This document shows, in pieces, positions 53,491-62,937 of a stretch of DNA of 64,000 nucleotides. The notes beneath the pieces are model-generated. The model was not told the origin of the DNA. It made no database searches and saw only the letters and a list, made by a program, of their open reading frames with translations. This DNA is from Microcoleaceae cyanobacterium (GTDB lineage: Bacteria; Cyanobacteriota; Cyanobacteriia; Cyanobacteriales; Microcoleaceae). Position 1 is the first letter of the stretch. Each line of letters starts with the position of its first letter. The position numbers and the translations under genes were made by a program. The DNA is taken from assembly GCA_051652765.1 (NCBI GenBank), contig JBOFUV010000118.1, positions 1 through 64,000 of the forward strand, given 5' to 3'.

Positions 53491-54233
53491 TTGGCAAAAG
53501 TAATAATATGCGTTCGGGGTTTGAGGCAGCAACGGGGCAATATTTCATCAAATTTGATGATGATGATCGGCTGACTTCAGGATTTCTTGAAAAAACAACG
53601 ACGATTTTAGATCAATATCCCGGCGTTGATTTTGTGGGTACGGATCACTGGATTATTGATATTAATAACGTTCGCGATCAGGCTGCTACAACTGAAAATT
53701 CTAACCGTTGGGGTCGCTCCAATTTACCCGAAGGCATTGCCAATCCCTTGCTGAATATCATTTTTGTGCAACAAAGCTTTCAAATTGGCGCAACTTTATT
53801 TCGGCGAGCTGTGTTGCAAGCAGTCGGGTACATGCGACCGAATATCCAAAACTGCGAAGACAATGATCTATTGGTGCGATTGGCGCTGGCAGGAAAACAG
53901 GCGTACTATCTGCCAGAACGCTTGATGGAATATCGGGTTCATTCAGAGCAACAGGGCTTGGGCCGAGCTGTTCCTTATCTCCAGGATAAATTGCAATATT
54001 TAGACAGCTATCGGTTTGAGGATGAGACTTTAGAACAGATTCGGCAATCTCGTTTTACTGAAACTCAGTTGCTCCTGGGATTGCGCCTGATTGAACAGGG
54101 CAATACGCAAACAGGAAGACAGTTAACTTGGGCAGCCAAACAATATTCTCCCGCCAAGGCTTGGGCCGGATTATTCCTCTCAGTTCTTCCTTTACCGTTG
54201 AGGCATCAACTGTTTAACCGTCTGAGGAGGTGA
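53295..54233 (+). CDS. Glycosyltransferase family 2
   Basis: VSVCIPTFNR, VCDDGSNDGT, KFDDDD, CEDNDL. Confidence 0.93.
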   Translation: MPKVSVCIPTFNRVQLLPLAIESVLQQTEPDWELLVCDDGSNDGTAALMSQYTDPRIRYIRHPQNIGKSNNMRSGFEAATGQYFIKFDDDDRLTSGFLEKTTTILDQYPGVDFVGTDHWIIDINNVRDQAATTENSNRWGRSNLPEGIANPLLNIIFVQQSFQIGATLFRRAVLQAVGYMRPNIQNCEDNDLLVRLALAGKQAYYLPERLMEYRVHSEQQGLGRAVPYLQDKLQYLDSYRFEDETLEQIRQSRFTETQLLLGLRLIEQGNTQTGRQLTWAAKQYSPAKAWAGLFLSVLPLPLRHQLFNRLRR

Positions 54234-54297
54234 TATTGATTGTTGTTAAGACGTGATTAATTTAAGATTAGGATCTCTCTCAAATATCAGTCTGATA

Positions 54298-55713
54298 TTA
54301 ATCTGAGACGGGTTTCCCTTGAGCCAACTCTGCGGCTGAAATGCTATCCCCTTGAAACCCAAAGTTCCAGAGAGCTGCCGCTGCCTCAGCCCGAGTTACA
54401 ACTTTCTTAGGTTGAAACAAGGTGGTAAAGCCATAGACCCGCCGAATGTTGGCGCTGTCTCCGTTGTCAAAATCTGCAAGAACAGCCCCTAAGGATTTTG
54501 CCTCAATTTCAGCGGCATCCTGAAATCCCCAGCGTTCCTTCACCACATCAACGGTTGCCTTGGGCAACGCCTTCCGGATATCCAGAGGAACTTTCCATAG
54601 CACTAGGTTCTCCCGCGTTAGGGGGCCATCAGGCCGAAACTGGGTTGCAGTTGAATCCCCCGATAGGGAACTGGAAAGTAACCCAGCCTCGGCTAAGCCT
54701 TGAATTTCAGCAAAGTTGGGATGACTCATAGGCACATCTGTAAACGCAGGCTTACTACTAGCCACGGCCAACCGAATTTGTTTGGCAGGGTTCTTGGCGT
54801 GGAAATTATTATTAGCATTGACGAGCCACCGGGCATACTCTCCCCGGGTGATGGAGCTATTCGGATTCGCTAAAGTTTTGTCATCAGCCGCTTTTGGGTT
54901 CTGGGAAGACGTTAGCACTCCAGCCTGGGCAACGTCGGTGACAAATTGGCGCAACTCAGGGGGGATCGTATTGTCAACGGTAGCAATCGTGCCAGGGTTA
55001 GCTGTACTGCTCGAACGATTGGCCGAACTGTTCTCTGAACTGTTGGCGATTCCAGGGGTTTTAGTTGGAGATGGAGAAGGGCTTGTGGGAGATGCCGTTG
55101 GGGGGAGAGCAGCATTGGGAGGTAAGGGCAACGGAGAAGTCGTTGAACCCGGTTGAGATGTGGTTGTCAGTTCAGTTTGTTGGTAACTCACCTCAAACTC
55201 AGTCTGGCTGGAGTTAGTGTCGCCCGTGCTCAGGGCAACGCTGACGCGCAGATTTTCTTTTTCCGCCTTAAAAGAGCCTTCTCCCTCCTCCTGAGGACGC
55301 TGAGTTACCTCCCAGCTCTGATCTCGAAACTGATTGCGGTAATAGGTCTGAACTGCATTGCTCGGATCTTGAGTTTGCCAACGGGTTGTTGCCCCTGCTG
55401 TGCGTTGTCCTGGAGAATTCACTTCGATGAGCTGAGCGCCAGGGTAGATCGGAATCTCAGAGGGGAAATCCGTTGGTAATGAAACCGTTAACATTGGAGG
55501 TTCTGAGGGAGGAGCTAGTTCGGGCGAGGCGGGGGCAGAACTGTTCTCTAGCCGAGGATCGGCTTTCAGGAATTTCTCCAGAACCTTGCCTGTTGAGCTA
55601 TTAGCACAGGCATTGAGGACAACAACACAAAACGTTGCCAGACCCACCTGTTGAACACTGCTTTTTCGCTTTATCAATAGTTTCAAAATAAATTGTTTCA
55701 CTCGCGGTTTCAC
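54298..55713 (-). CDS. SLH-domain protein with Pro/Ser/Thr linker, probable lipoprotein
   Basis: VLNAC lipobox-like; ITRGEYARWL, AFTDVP..HP.F..IQGLAEAG, FRPD.PLTRE, FQP.K.VTRAEAAA; start uncertain. Confidence 0.88.
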   Translation of the reverse strand: MKPRVKQFILKLLIKRKSSVQQVGLATFCVVVLNACANSSTGKVLEKFLKADPRLENSSAPASPELAPPSEPPMLTVSLPTDFPSEIPIYPGAQLIEVNSPGQRTAGATTRWQTQDPSNAVQTYYRNQFRDQSWEVTQRPQEEGEGSFKAEKENLRVSVALSTGDTNSSQTEFEVSYQQTELTTTSQPGSTTSPLPLPPNAALPPTASPTSPSPSPTKTPGIANSSENSSANRSSSTANPGTIATVDNTIPPELRQFVTDVAQAGVLTSSQNPKAADDKTLANPNSSITRGEYARWLVNANNNFHAKNPAKQIRLAVASSKPAFTDVPMSHPNFAEIQGLAEAGLLSSSLSGDSTATQFRPDGPLTRENLVLWKVPLDIRKALPKATVDVVKERWGFQDAAEIEAKSLGAVLADFDNGDSANIRRVYGFTTLFQPKKVVTRAEAAAALWNFGFQGDSISAAELAQGKPVSD

Positions 55714-55881
55714 AAGTTCAAAGTCAACCCGCTCAGAGTTGGCCTGTTCAGAATTAACCCGCTCAGGGGTAAACGTTCAACCCACTAACACCAAAAACTC
55801 ACCAGCCAGAACTCAACAGTCAGAATCAGCGGACAAGAAGTACCTACCTGTAACCTCCCACATCTCTTATTTTACGGCGAA

Positions 55882-56565
55882 TTATGCCGGAATGCTAAGG
55901 GGAACTCCGTTATCTTTTGCGGATAGTTTCAAAATAAAAGGTACCGCGTTCTTGACCCAAACATTCAGGGGCGTATAATCGGCGGCTCCCTCTCCATAAC
56001 ACACTTCCAACATCTCTGTATGAATAATTCCCGGACTCAGGGGAATTGCAGCCATACCAGGAGGCAACTCTTGAGCCAATGCCTGGGTTAGTCCCTCAAT
56101 TGCCCATTTAGAAGCGCAGTAAGGTGCAACCAGGGGTGACGTTGACCGTCCCCAACCCGAACTGAGATTAACGACAATGCCCTGTTTTCGAGCCACCATT
56201 GCAGGCAAAACATGACGAATGACATGGGCTACCCCATTTATATTAACATCAATCAGTTGGGAAAATTCATTACTCGGAACCTCCCAAAGGGGAGCCAAAT
56301 GATTCACCAAGGCTGCGTTGTTAATCAGTAAATCAGGAATCACATTCTCTGCCAAAAATGAACTTGCCCAAGCTTTGACTTGGTCTTCATCAGCAACATC
56401 AACGGTTGAAAATTGATGGGGTTTTCCGTATCGTTCATTCAGAGATTTAACGATCACGTTTGAACGGGCACAACCCAGGACAGTGTGCCCCAAGTCAATA
56501 AAACCTTCGGCCATCCCTCGGCCCAGACCTCGACTTACTCCTGTGATTACAATGATTTTTTTCAT
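55882..56565 (-). CDS. Short-chain dehydrogenase/reductase
   Basis: ITGVSRGLG, LINNAA, SSGWG, YCASK; ATG 56565 (MKKII) preferred. Confidence 0.92.
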   Translation of the reverse strand: MKKIIVITGVSRGLGRGMAEGFIDLGHTVLGCARSNVIVKSLNERYGKPHQFSTVDVADEDQVKAWASSFLAENVIPDLLINNAALVNHLAPLWEVPSNEFSQLIDVNINGVAHVIRHVLPAMVARKQGIVVNLSSGWGRSTSPLVAPYCASKWAIEGLTQALAQELPPGMAAIPLSPGIIHTEMLEVCYGEGAADYTPLNVWVKNAVPFILKLSAKDNGVPLSIPA

Positions 56566-56650
56566 TCGATTAGATCCAGTAAAACTTGAGAAGGAAATCA
56601 ATACAACTTTTGGCACGGGCATCTTGCTGGTGAATTAAAGATTAGCTCAA

Positions 56651-56702
56651 TAACCTAGCAAAGTAATCTAGCAAAGTAACCTAACAAAGTAATCTAGCAA
56701 AA
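56651..56702. repeat. Tandem repeat, 13-bp unit TAAYCTARCAAAG x4
   Basis: TAACCTAGCAAAG TAATCTAGCAAAG TAACCTAACAAAG TAATCTAGCAAAA. Confidence 0.9.
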
Positions 56703-56741
56703 TAAAGTTACTCAACAAAGTTATTAAAGTCAGCAACTTTC

Positions 56742-58199
56742 TCAGAGTTTCCTGAGCTGTATTATAAGTGTATTGTAAGCTTGCTCTAAGGCTTCTATCG
56801 CAATTTCTACATCTTTGGCCGTAGTTCGCCAGTTGCTAAAGGCAGCTCGAAAGCAAAATTGACCTTGGTAATTTCCGGGGGAAAGAAAAACTTTTCCAGA
56901 CTGATTAATGGCTTGAAGTAATCTTTGATTCTGTACATTAACAGCAACCAAATCCCCCTCAAATTTTCCAGCCAATAATACAACGTTGAATGTTGGTGAC
57001 AACAGAAGTTGATAACCTGCTGAAGCTTCAATCCATTCTGCAAGTTCATGGGCACATTGACAACAAGATTCAACCGTCTTCTGAACGCCATGAGATCCAT
57101 AGGCGGTGAGGGCAAACCAAATCGGCAACCCTCGAAACCGTTGGGAATTTTCAATCCCTCGATTCATCAAACTCGGCCATTGATCTCCTGTTTTCAAGTA
57201 GGCAGCCCCCACGGAAAATGTTTCCTCCAGCAACTCTTGATGTTGAGTAAAAACCACTCCGCAATCATAAGGAACATTCAACCATTTGTGACAATCAACG
57301 GTGATGGAATCTGCCAACTCTACACCAGCAGTCAAGTGACGATAGTGAGAACTACACCGGGCAAACAGTCCAAAGGCCCCATCCAAATGATGCCAAGCCT
57401 GATGATATTGACAGAGTTGAGCAATGGTACAAAAATCATCAAAGGCTGTTGTTGTAACCGTTCCAGCGCTACTGACGACAATTTTGACTGGGGCAGCAGT
57501 GGCTTCTAGCTTGAGCTTTAGATCCTGAACGTCCATTGCTTCGCCCTCTCGTCCGTTGGCATCTGGCAACCCCCGAACTTTTATCCAATGGCGCTGCCCA
57601 AAGCCCAGAATTCCTTGAATCTTAAGTTGACTGGCATGGGGTGTAGTGGCAAAGATGGCAAACTGATCTAGGCTAGTTAACCCATCCTGAGCAATATTTT
57701 GTCCTAATTTAAGCCCGCCCCACTGACGAGCCGTGGCCAAACTCACTAGGTTAGAAGCCGTTGCTCCGGTAGTGAACGTGCCGACGAAACCCTCTCGTGA
57801 CAAACTAAACAAGTCCTTCAACAGATCCAAAACTGTCAATTCCACCGCCGTGGCAATGGAGTCTCCCGGAACCATGAGATTTTGATCCGTTGCTGACCCT
57901 AACCAATCCCCAACTAAGGCTGCTGGAGTCGTTCCCCCGGTAACAAACCCCCAATATCGGGAACCGGGGCTAGCAGATAGATAGGGCAAAATCTCCTGTT
58001 GAAATTTTTCTAGAGTTTGAGCTGTGCCGCATCCCGTCTCTGCAAGGCTATCTGCAAGGTTAGGAGATAGTCCAAGGGTTGAATCCGTCCAAGCCACAGG
58101 TCGGTCTGCCAAACTGTTCAGGTAGTTGAGTGCAATCTCAGAAGCTGCGGCTAGCAGCTTTGAAAATTGGGCGAGTTCATCTTCAGGACTAGGAAACAT
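56742..58199 (-). CDS. Group II PLP-dependent decarboxylase (aromatic amino acid/glutamate decarboxylase-like)
   Basis: RYWGFVTGG, TGATASN, AGTV.T.AFD, HLDGAFG, ADSITVDCHKWLNVPYDCG. Confidence 0.92.
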   Translation of the reverse strand: MFPSPEDELAQFSKLLAAASEIALNYLNSLADRPVAWTDSTLGLSPNLADSLAETGCGTAQTLEKFQQEILPYLSASPGSRYWGFVTGGTTPAALVGDWLGSATDQNLMVPGDSIATAVELTVLDLLKDLFSLSREGFVGTFTTGATASNLVSLATARQWGGLKLGQNIAQDGLTSLDQFAIFATTPHASQLKIQGILGFGQRHWIKVRGLPDANGREGEAMDVQDLKLKLEATAAPVKIVVSSAGTVTTTAFDDFCTIAQLCQYHQAWHHLDGAFGLFARCSSHYRHLTAGVELADSITVDCHKWLNVPYDCGVVFTQHQELLEETFSVGAAYLKTGDQWPSLMNRGIENSQRFRGLPIWFALTAYGSHGVQKTVESCCQCAHELAEWIEASAGYQLLLSPTFNVVLLAGKFEGDLVAVNVQNQRLLQAINQSGKVFLSPGNYQGQFCFRAAFSNWRTTAKDVEIAIEALEQAYNTLIIQLRKL

Positions 58200-58491
58200 A
58201 ACTCTTGGATAATCTTTCCCTTAAAAGGTTAAGGGGTTTTAAGATTGCAGAGAAGTTTTGCTACGTAAATTAAATTGTGTTAATATAAATTAATGTTAAC
58301 ATTTATTTAGGAATACTCATAAAGTAATACTTTCAGTATTTTATTCTTCTAAACCTTGCTGTTCTAAAAATTCCAGCGATAGGAGATCTTAACTGACTGC
58401 AAGTACATTTTTCTCAAGTTTTAGTCTTTTCTAGGTGCTACTTTTTTATGCTCAGTGTAACTTTAACGTTCAGAGATTCAAAGAGGTCTAA

Positions 58492-59169
58492 ATGATATCA
58501 ACTATCAGCTCAAATCCAAATTCAAACTTTATCCTTAGACGCACGACAACTGTGATTGCAGTTGCAATTCTAACACTCACCTTGCTTGCTGGGGTTTCAG
58601 GAATTTTACTCGCTTTCAACTATCAACCCGCAGCGGGCAGAAGCTATCAGTCTTTAGAATACATTGATACTGCAACAAACTTTGGTTGGTTGGTTCGGAG
58701 CCTGCATAACTACGCAGGAAACTTTGTCATTGTCTTAGGTTTAATTCAGCTCGTTGTCATGTTTCTGGGGCGGCAGTTTCGCAGAAGCTGGTTAGTGACT
58801 TGGATCAGCGGAATTTTTCTAGTTCTTGTGGCAATTGGACTGGATTGGACAGCTATTTTATTAACTTGGACACAGGAAGGATTTTGGCGATTTTCGATTG
58901 AGTTAGGAACAATTGATGCTATTCCAGTAATTGGTTCGACCCTGCGAGGAATCTTGACAGGAGGAGAGGGAATTAGCACGGCAACTGTTCTCCGACAGTA
59001 CACGTTACACAGTTATGTTTTGTCTGGACTTGCTGTTAGTTTGTCAGTGGTTCATCTGGTTAGCGCGTTAATTCAAGATCGACAGGAAAAGCAAGTTAAG
59101 CTCCAGCAAATGGCTGAGAACGTAGCTGAACAGGTTTCTCAGGAGAGCAGTTCTAAGCAATGGGTCTAG
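58492..59169 (+). CDS. Cytochrome b6 (PetB)-like paralog, atypical
   Basis: GILLAF.Y.P, FGWLVRSLH, W.SG, IP.IG, L.GG..IS.AT..R.Y.LH; lacks the PetB N-terminus; helix-B second His replaced by Gln. Confidence 0.85.
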   Translation: MISTISSNPNSNFILRRTTTVIAVAILTLTLLAGVSGILLAFNYQPAAGRSYQSLEYIDTATNFGWLVRSLHNYAGNFVIVLGLIQLVVMFLGRQFRRSWLVTWISGIFLVLVAIGLDWTAILLTWTQEGFWRFSIELGTIDAIPVIGSTLRGILTGGEGISTATVLRQYTLHSYVLSGLAVSLSVVHLVSALIQDRQEKQVKLQQMAENVAEQVSQESSSKQWV

Positions 59170-59277
59170 GAAATAGTAATATCCAGTCGGGCTTTCTATC
59201 AGGGCGTAGTTTGTTGTATCTTTACAGTCTTTATCTAACCTTAAAACCCAATCTAATCGACTTTATGGAGAGGTCTC

Positions 59278-60156
59278 ATGTCAGTTTTAGAAGGAACCTG
59301 GACAAAGGATTATATCATCACCAATGGAGTAAAACTTCACTATGTGACTCAAGGTCAAGGGCCGTTAATGTTAATGCTCCATGGTTTCCCAGAATTTTGG
59401 TATTCTTGGCGGCATCAGATTCCAGAATTTGCTCGAACTTATAAAGTTGTTGCCCTTGATCTGCGCGGCTACAACGAAAGTGATAAGCCCAGGGAAGTTT
59501 CTGCCTACCGAACCCAAGAAATTATTGCTGATGTGAAAGGAGTCATTGAAGGACTAGGATATGAACGCTGTATTTTAGTCGGTCATGATTGGGGTGGGGC
59601 GATCGCTTGGGGTTTTGCCTATGCTTATTCGGAAATGGTAGAGCGATTAATTGTGCTGAATATTCCCCATCCTGCCAAGTTTAGAGATGGACTATGGAGT
59701 TTGACACAGTTACAAAAAAGCTGGTACATTTTCTTCTTTCAACTCCCAATTTTGCCTGAATTATTTTTACAATCAGATGACTATCGAGCCATTGCCTCTG
59801 CATTTTTTGATATGGCAGTTGATAAAAGTGCTTTTACTCAAGCTGATTTAGATGCTTTCAAAGATGCGGCAGCAAAACGAGGAGCATTGACCGCAATGGT
59901 GAACTATTATCGGAATATTTTTCAGGGATTTCTTGATCCAAACTCTTCAGAAAAGTGGGGATTACTCAGGGTTCCGACACTAATGATTTGGGGAGAAAAT
60001 GATACAGCTTTGGGTCAAGAGTTAACCTACGACACGAATAAATATGTTAAGGATTTCCAAGTCCGCTATATCCCAAATTGTAGCCATTGGGTGCAACAAG
60101 AATGCCCGAAATTGGTTAATCAATATATGTGGGAGTTTTTGAGTATGAATGTCTAG
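59278..60156 (+). CDS. Alpha/beta hydrolase (epoxide hydrolase-like)
   Basis: LHGFPEFWYSWRHQ, DLRGYNES, VGHDWGG, SWY, NYYR, WGEND, SHWVQQE. Confidence 0.93.
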   Translation: MSVLEGTWTKDYIITNGVKLHYVTQGQGPLMLMLHGFPEFWYSWRHQIPEFARTYKVVALDLRGYNESDKPREVSAYRTQEIIADVKGVIEGLGYERCILVGHDWGGAIAWGFAYAYSEMVERLIVLNIPHPAKFRDGLWSLTQLQKSWYIFFFQLPILPELFLQSDDYRAIASAFFDMAVDKSAFTQADLDAFKDAAAKRGALTAMVNYYRNIFQGFLDPNSSEKWGLLRVPTLMIWGENDTALGQELTYDTNKYVKDFQVRYIPNCSHWVQQECPKLVNQYMWEFLSMNV

Positions 60157-60199
60157 AATTTAGCAATATTAATAAACAATTAATATCTATTAATACTTA

Positions 60200-61360
60200 T
60201 CAAGTTCTCAAGCCTCGCAAGGACTGAATTGTGTGAACAATATGCTCACCTACCGTTTCAATTTCTGCTAGAGTATTAAATCGGCCAATTCCAAATCGAA
60301 TAGAAGCATAGGCCAATGGATCTGAACGGCCAATAGCTCGTAGAACATGAGAAGGTTCAGTTTTTGTTGAGGTACAGGCTGAACCCGAGGAAACCGCAAC
60401 TACGGATTGTAGACCGAGCAGTAAGGCTTGACCATCAACATTTGCAACACTAATATTTAGGTTTCCCGCCAATCTTTGGGTTGGGTGACCATTGAGAGAG
60501 ATGCCATCAAGAATCGATATTATTTGCCAAAGTTTTTCTCGCAATTCAGTTAATTTGTGAGTCTCAGATTCTAGTTCGACAAGAGCAATTTCTACCGCTT
60601 TTCCAAACCCGACAATTTGAGGAGAATACAATGTGCCCGATCGCATTCCGCGTTCGTGACCCCCTCCGTGCAACTGAGCGGCCAGTTTTACTCTAGGATT
60701 TCGTCGCCGAACATACAGTGCACCAATTCCTTTTGGGCCATAGACTTTGTGAGCAGTTAACGACATTAAATCGATGTTCATAATGTTCACATCTAGGGCA
60801 ATTTTCCCAATGGCTTGCGCTGCATCCGTGTGAAATAAAACATTGGATTCATGGCAGACTGCACCAATTTCTGCTAAGGGTTGTAATACACCAATTTCAT
60901 TATTAGCGGCCATAATAGAAACCAGGATTGTATCAGGACGCAAGGTATTTTTTAGGGTAGTTAAATCTACTAACCCATCAGCTCGAACAGGAAGAAACGT
61001 CACTTCAAAGCCTAAACTTTCTAAATAATGGCAAGGATCTAACACGGCATTGTGTTCTGTCACAACAGTAACGATATGACGACCTTTGTGAAAGTAAGCT
61101 TCCGCAACTCCTTTAATTGCTAAATTATTGGATTCGGTTGCGCCACTGGTAAAAATAATTTCTTCGGGAGTTGCTTGGATGGAGTTCGCCAAGATTTCCC
61201 GCGATCGCTTGACTGCTGCTTCAGCTTCCCAACCATACAGGTGGCCAACGCTAGCAGGATTACCAAAATGTTCTGAAAAGTACAGCAACATTGCCTCTAA
61301 AACTCTTGGATCAACTGGAGTTGTAGCATGATGATCAAGGTAAATTGGACGTTGAGCCAT
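60200..61360 (-). CDS. iscS: Cysteine desulfurase (IscS/NifS, group I)
   Basis: IYLDHHATTP, FTSGATESNN, HTDAAQ, SLTAHKVYGPKG, SSGSACTS. Confidence 0.95.
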   Translation of the reverse strand: MAQRPIYLDHHATTPVDPRVLEAMLLYFSEHFGNPASVGHLYGWEAEAAVKRSREILANSIQATPEEIIFTSGATESNNLAIKGVAEAYFHKGRHIVTVVTEHNAVLDPCHYLESLGFEVTFLPVRADGLVDLTTLKNTLRPDTILVSIMAANNEIGVLQPLAEIGAVCHESNVLFHTDAAQAIGKIALDVNIMNIDLMSLTAHKVYGPKGIGALYVRRRNPRVKLAAQLHGGGHERGMRSGTLYSPQIVGFGKAVEIALVELESETHKLTELREKLWQIISILDGISLNGHPTQRLAGNLNISVANVDGQALLLGLQSVVAVSSGSACTSTKTEPSHVLRAIGRSDPLAYASIRFGIGRFNTLAEIETVGEHIVHTIQSLRGLRT

Positions 61361-61485
61361 AACATTTTAAGCGTTGAACTTTATAATTAAAACTTTCTGT
61401 ACTGAATCTCAACAAAGACTGCTGTATCTACAACAGACTATAATAACAATTGATTTTTTGATTTGTTCTTCACTTGAATCCTGTT

Positions 61486-62136
61486 ATGACTGAGTCTAAT
61501 AACGCTCGTGATTTATTTCAAACTGCTTATGAACACCGTTATACCTGGGATACTAACTTTCCTGGGTATAGTGCTGATATTGAACTGAAGCAGGGAGATG
61601 AAGTGTACAACGGCCACATTCGCATCAATCCTGACCTGACGGTAGAAGTAATGGGGATTGACAACGAAGAGGTACAGCAGAGTGTATATACTCAGTTGCG
61701 GGATATTGTGACCCATCGCAAACGCAGTTCTTTTGAAAATTCCCATGGCAAGAATACGTTCAGCTTGGGAGAAACGGATGAAACGGGAGCGGTAGAAATT
61801 TTGGTTTCCGGGGACTCCATGGGATCAAACTACAAAATTCGAGGCAAGCAAATCTGCCTGGTCAGTCGAGTCATGGGCCGGATGGCTTTTGTGATCAATA
61901 CCCGTGAAAGCCTGGATACCGGAGAGGGATTTGCGGCAAGTCACTATGATGCAGTATTCCGCAATCCTCAAACCAATGAAATTATTCGGGAATTGGATTT
62001 TGAGGATATTTTTGAGAAAATTGGCGACTACTATGTGATGACTCGTCAAGTAGTTCAGGCCACAGAACAAGGTAAAGCGACAACCACAGAGTTTAATTAT
62101 TCTAATGTCAAATTGTTGGAACCCGCGATCGCCTAG
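61486..62136 (+). CDS. DUF3386 family protein
   Basis: ARDLF..AYE.RYTWD.NFPGY.A, IV.HR.R..FE..HG.N.F; ATG 61486 preferred over TTG 61474. Confidence 0.8.
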   Translation: MTESNNARDLFQTAYEHRYTWDTNFPGYSADIELKQGDEVYNGHIRINPDLTVEVMGIDNEEVQQSVYTQLRDIVTHRKRSSFENSHGKNTFSLGETDETGAVEILVSGDSMGSNYKIRGKQICLVSRVMGRMAFVINTRESLDTGEGFAASHYDAVFRNPQTNEIIRELDFEDIFEKIGDYYVMTRQVVQATEQGKATTTEFNYSNVKLLEPAIA

Positions 62137-62229
62137 AGATGCTGAGGATTTGGGACAAATTGGCACAAGTCCCCAGCAAAGCGTTAGGATCAAGATTGAT
62201 AGCAAAAGAACACTTGTAGAGGGTGAGCC

Positions 62230-62469
62230 ATGAGCACACTTGCGTTAACACCTGATAACGTTGAGACTGTTTTAGATGAATTGCGGCCCTACCTGATGGC
62301 CGATGGTGGCAACGTTGAGATTGTTGAACTTGATGGCCCTGTTGTTCGGCTTCGCCTTCAAGGCGCTTGTGGGTCTTGTCCGAGTTCAACAATGACGCTG
62401 AAGATGGGAATTGAGCGTCGTCTAAGAGAGCGAATTCCTGAAATTGCTGAAGTTGTAGCGGTCGCATAG
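62230..62469 (+). CDS. nfuA: NifU-like Fe-S carrier/scaffold NfuA
   Basis: [42 protein letters not shown]. Confidence 0.96.
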   Translation: MSTLALTPDNVETVLDELRPYLMADGGNVEIVELDGPVVRLRLQGACGSCPSSTMTLKMGIERRLRERIPEIAEVVAVA

Positions 62470-62503
62470 TGGTTGGACAGACCGATATTAAGTAAGATTC
62501 TCT

Positions 62504-62526
62504 AGCCCCCTACAAGGGGTTTTTTT
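62504..62526 (+). terminator. Intrinsic terminator after nfuA
   Basis: AGCCCC-CTACAA-GGGGT followed by a T run. Confidence 0.7.
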
Positions 62527-62634
62527 GTGGGAGATTTTGTTAGTGAGTGGTTCGAGTCCCACATCGCGTTAAGATTTGTAATGAAGTTGTCAACAAACCT
62601 TGTATTTATTAGCTCATCCTAATAGGAATTCATA

Positions 62635-62937
62635 ATGGCCAATATCAAATTTGTCAACGAAGGAAAAGATGTTATTGCTGCTGATGGCGCAAATTTGAGG
62701 CTCAAAGCGATGGAAAATCAGATTGATCTTTATACCTTCACGGGCAAGATGATGAATTGTGGCGGGTATGGCCAATGTGGTACTTGTATCGTTGCAGTTG
62801 TTGAGGGCATGGAGAACCTCTCGCCCCGAACAGAAACTGAGAAAAAAATTCTGCGGAAGCAACCCGAAAATTATCGATTAGCCTGTCAAGTTATTGTCAA
62901 TGGCCCAGTAAGCATTAGTACCAAGCCAAAACGTTAG
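62635..62937 (+). CDS. 2Fe-2S ferredoxin
   Basis: [11 protein letters not shown] ... RLACQ. Confidence 0.93.
   Translation: MANIKFVNEGKDVIAADGANLRLKAMENQIDLYTFTGKMMNCGGYGQCGTCIVAVVEGMENLSPRTETEKKILRKQPENYRLACQVIVNGPVSISTKPKR

Noticed and set aside
62545..62568. tRNA-like T-loop (GTGGTTCGAGTCCCAC) or att-site remnant
   Set aside because: No acceptor, D or anticodon arms can be built; does not match the ssrA 3' end; no integrase nearby
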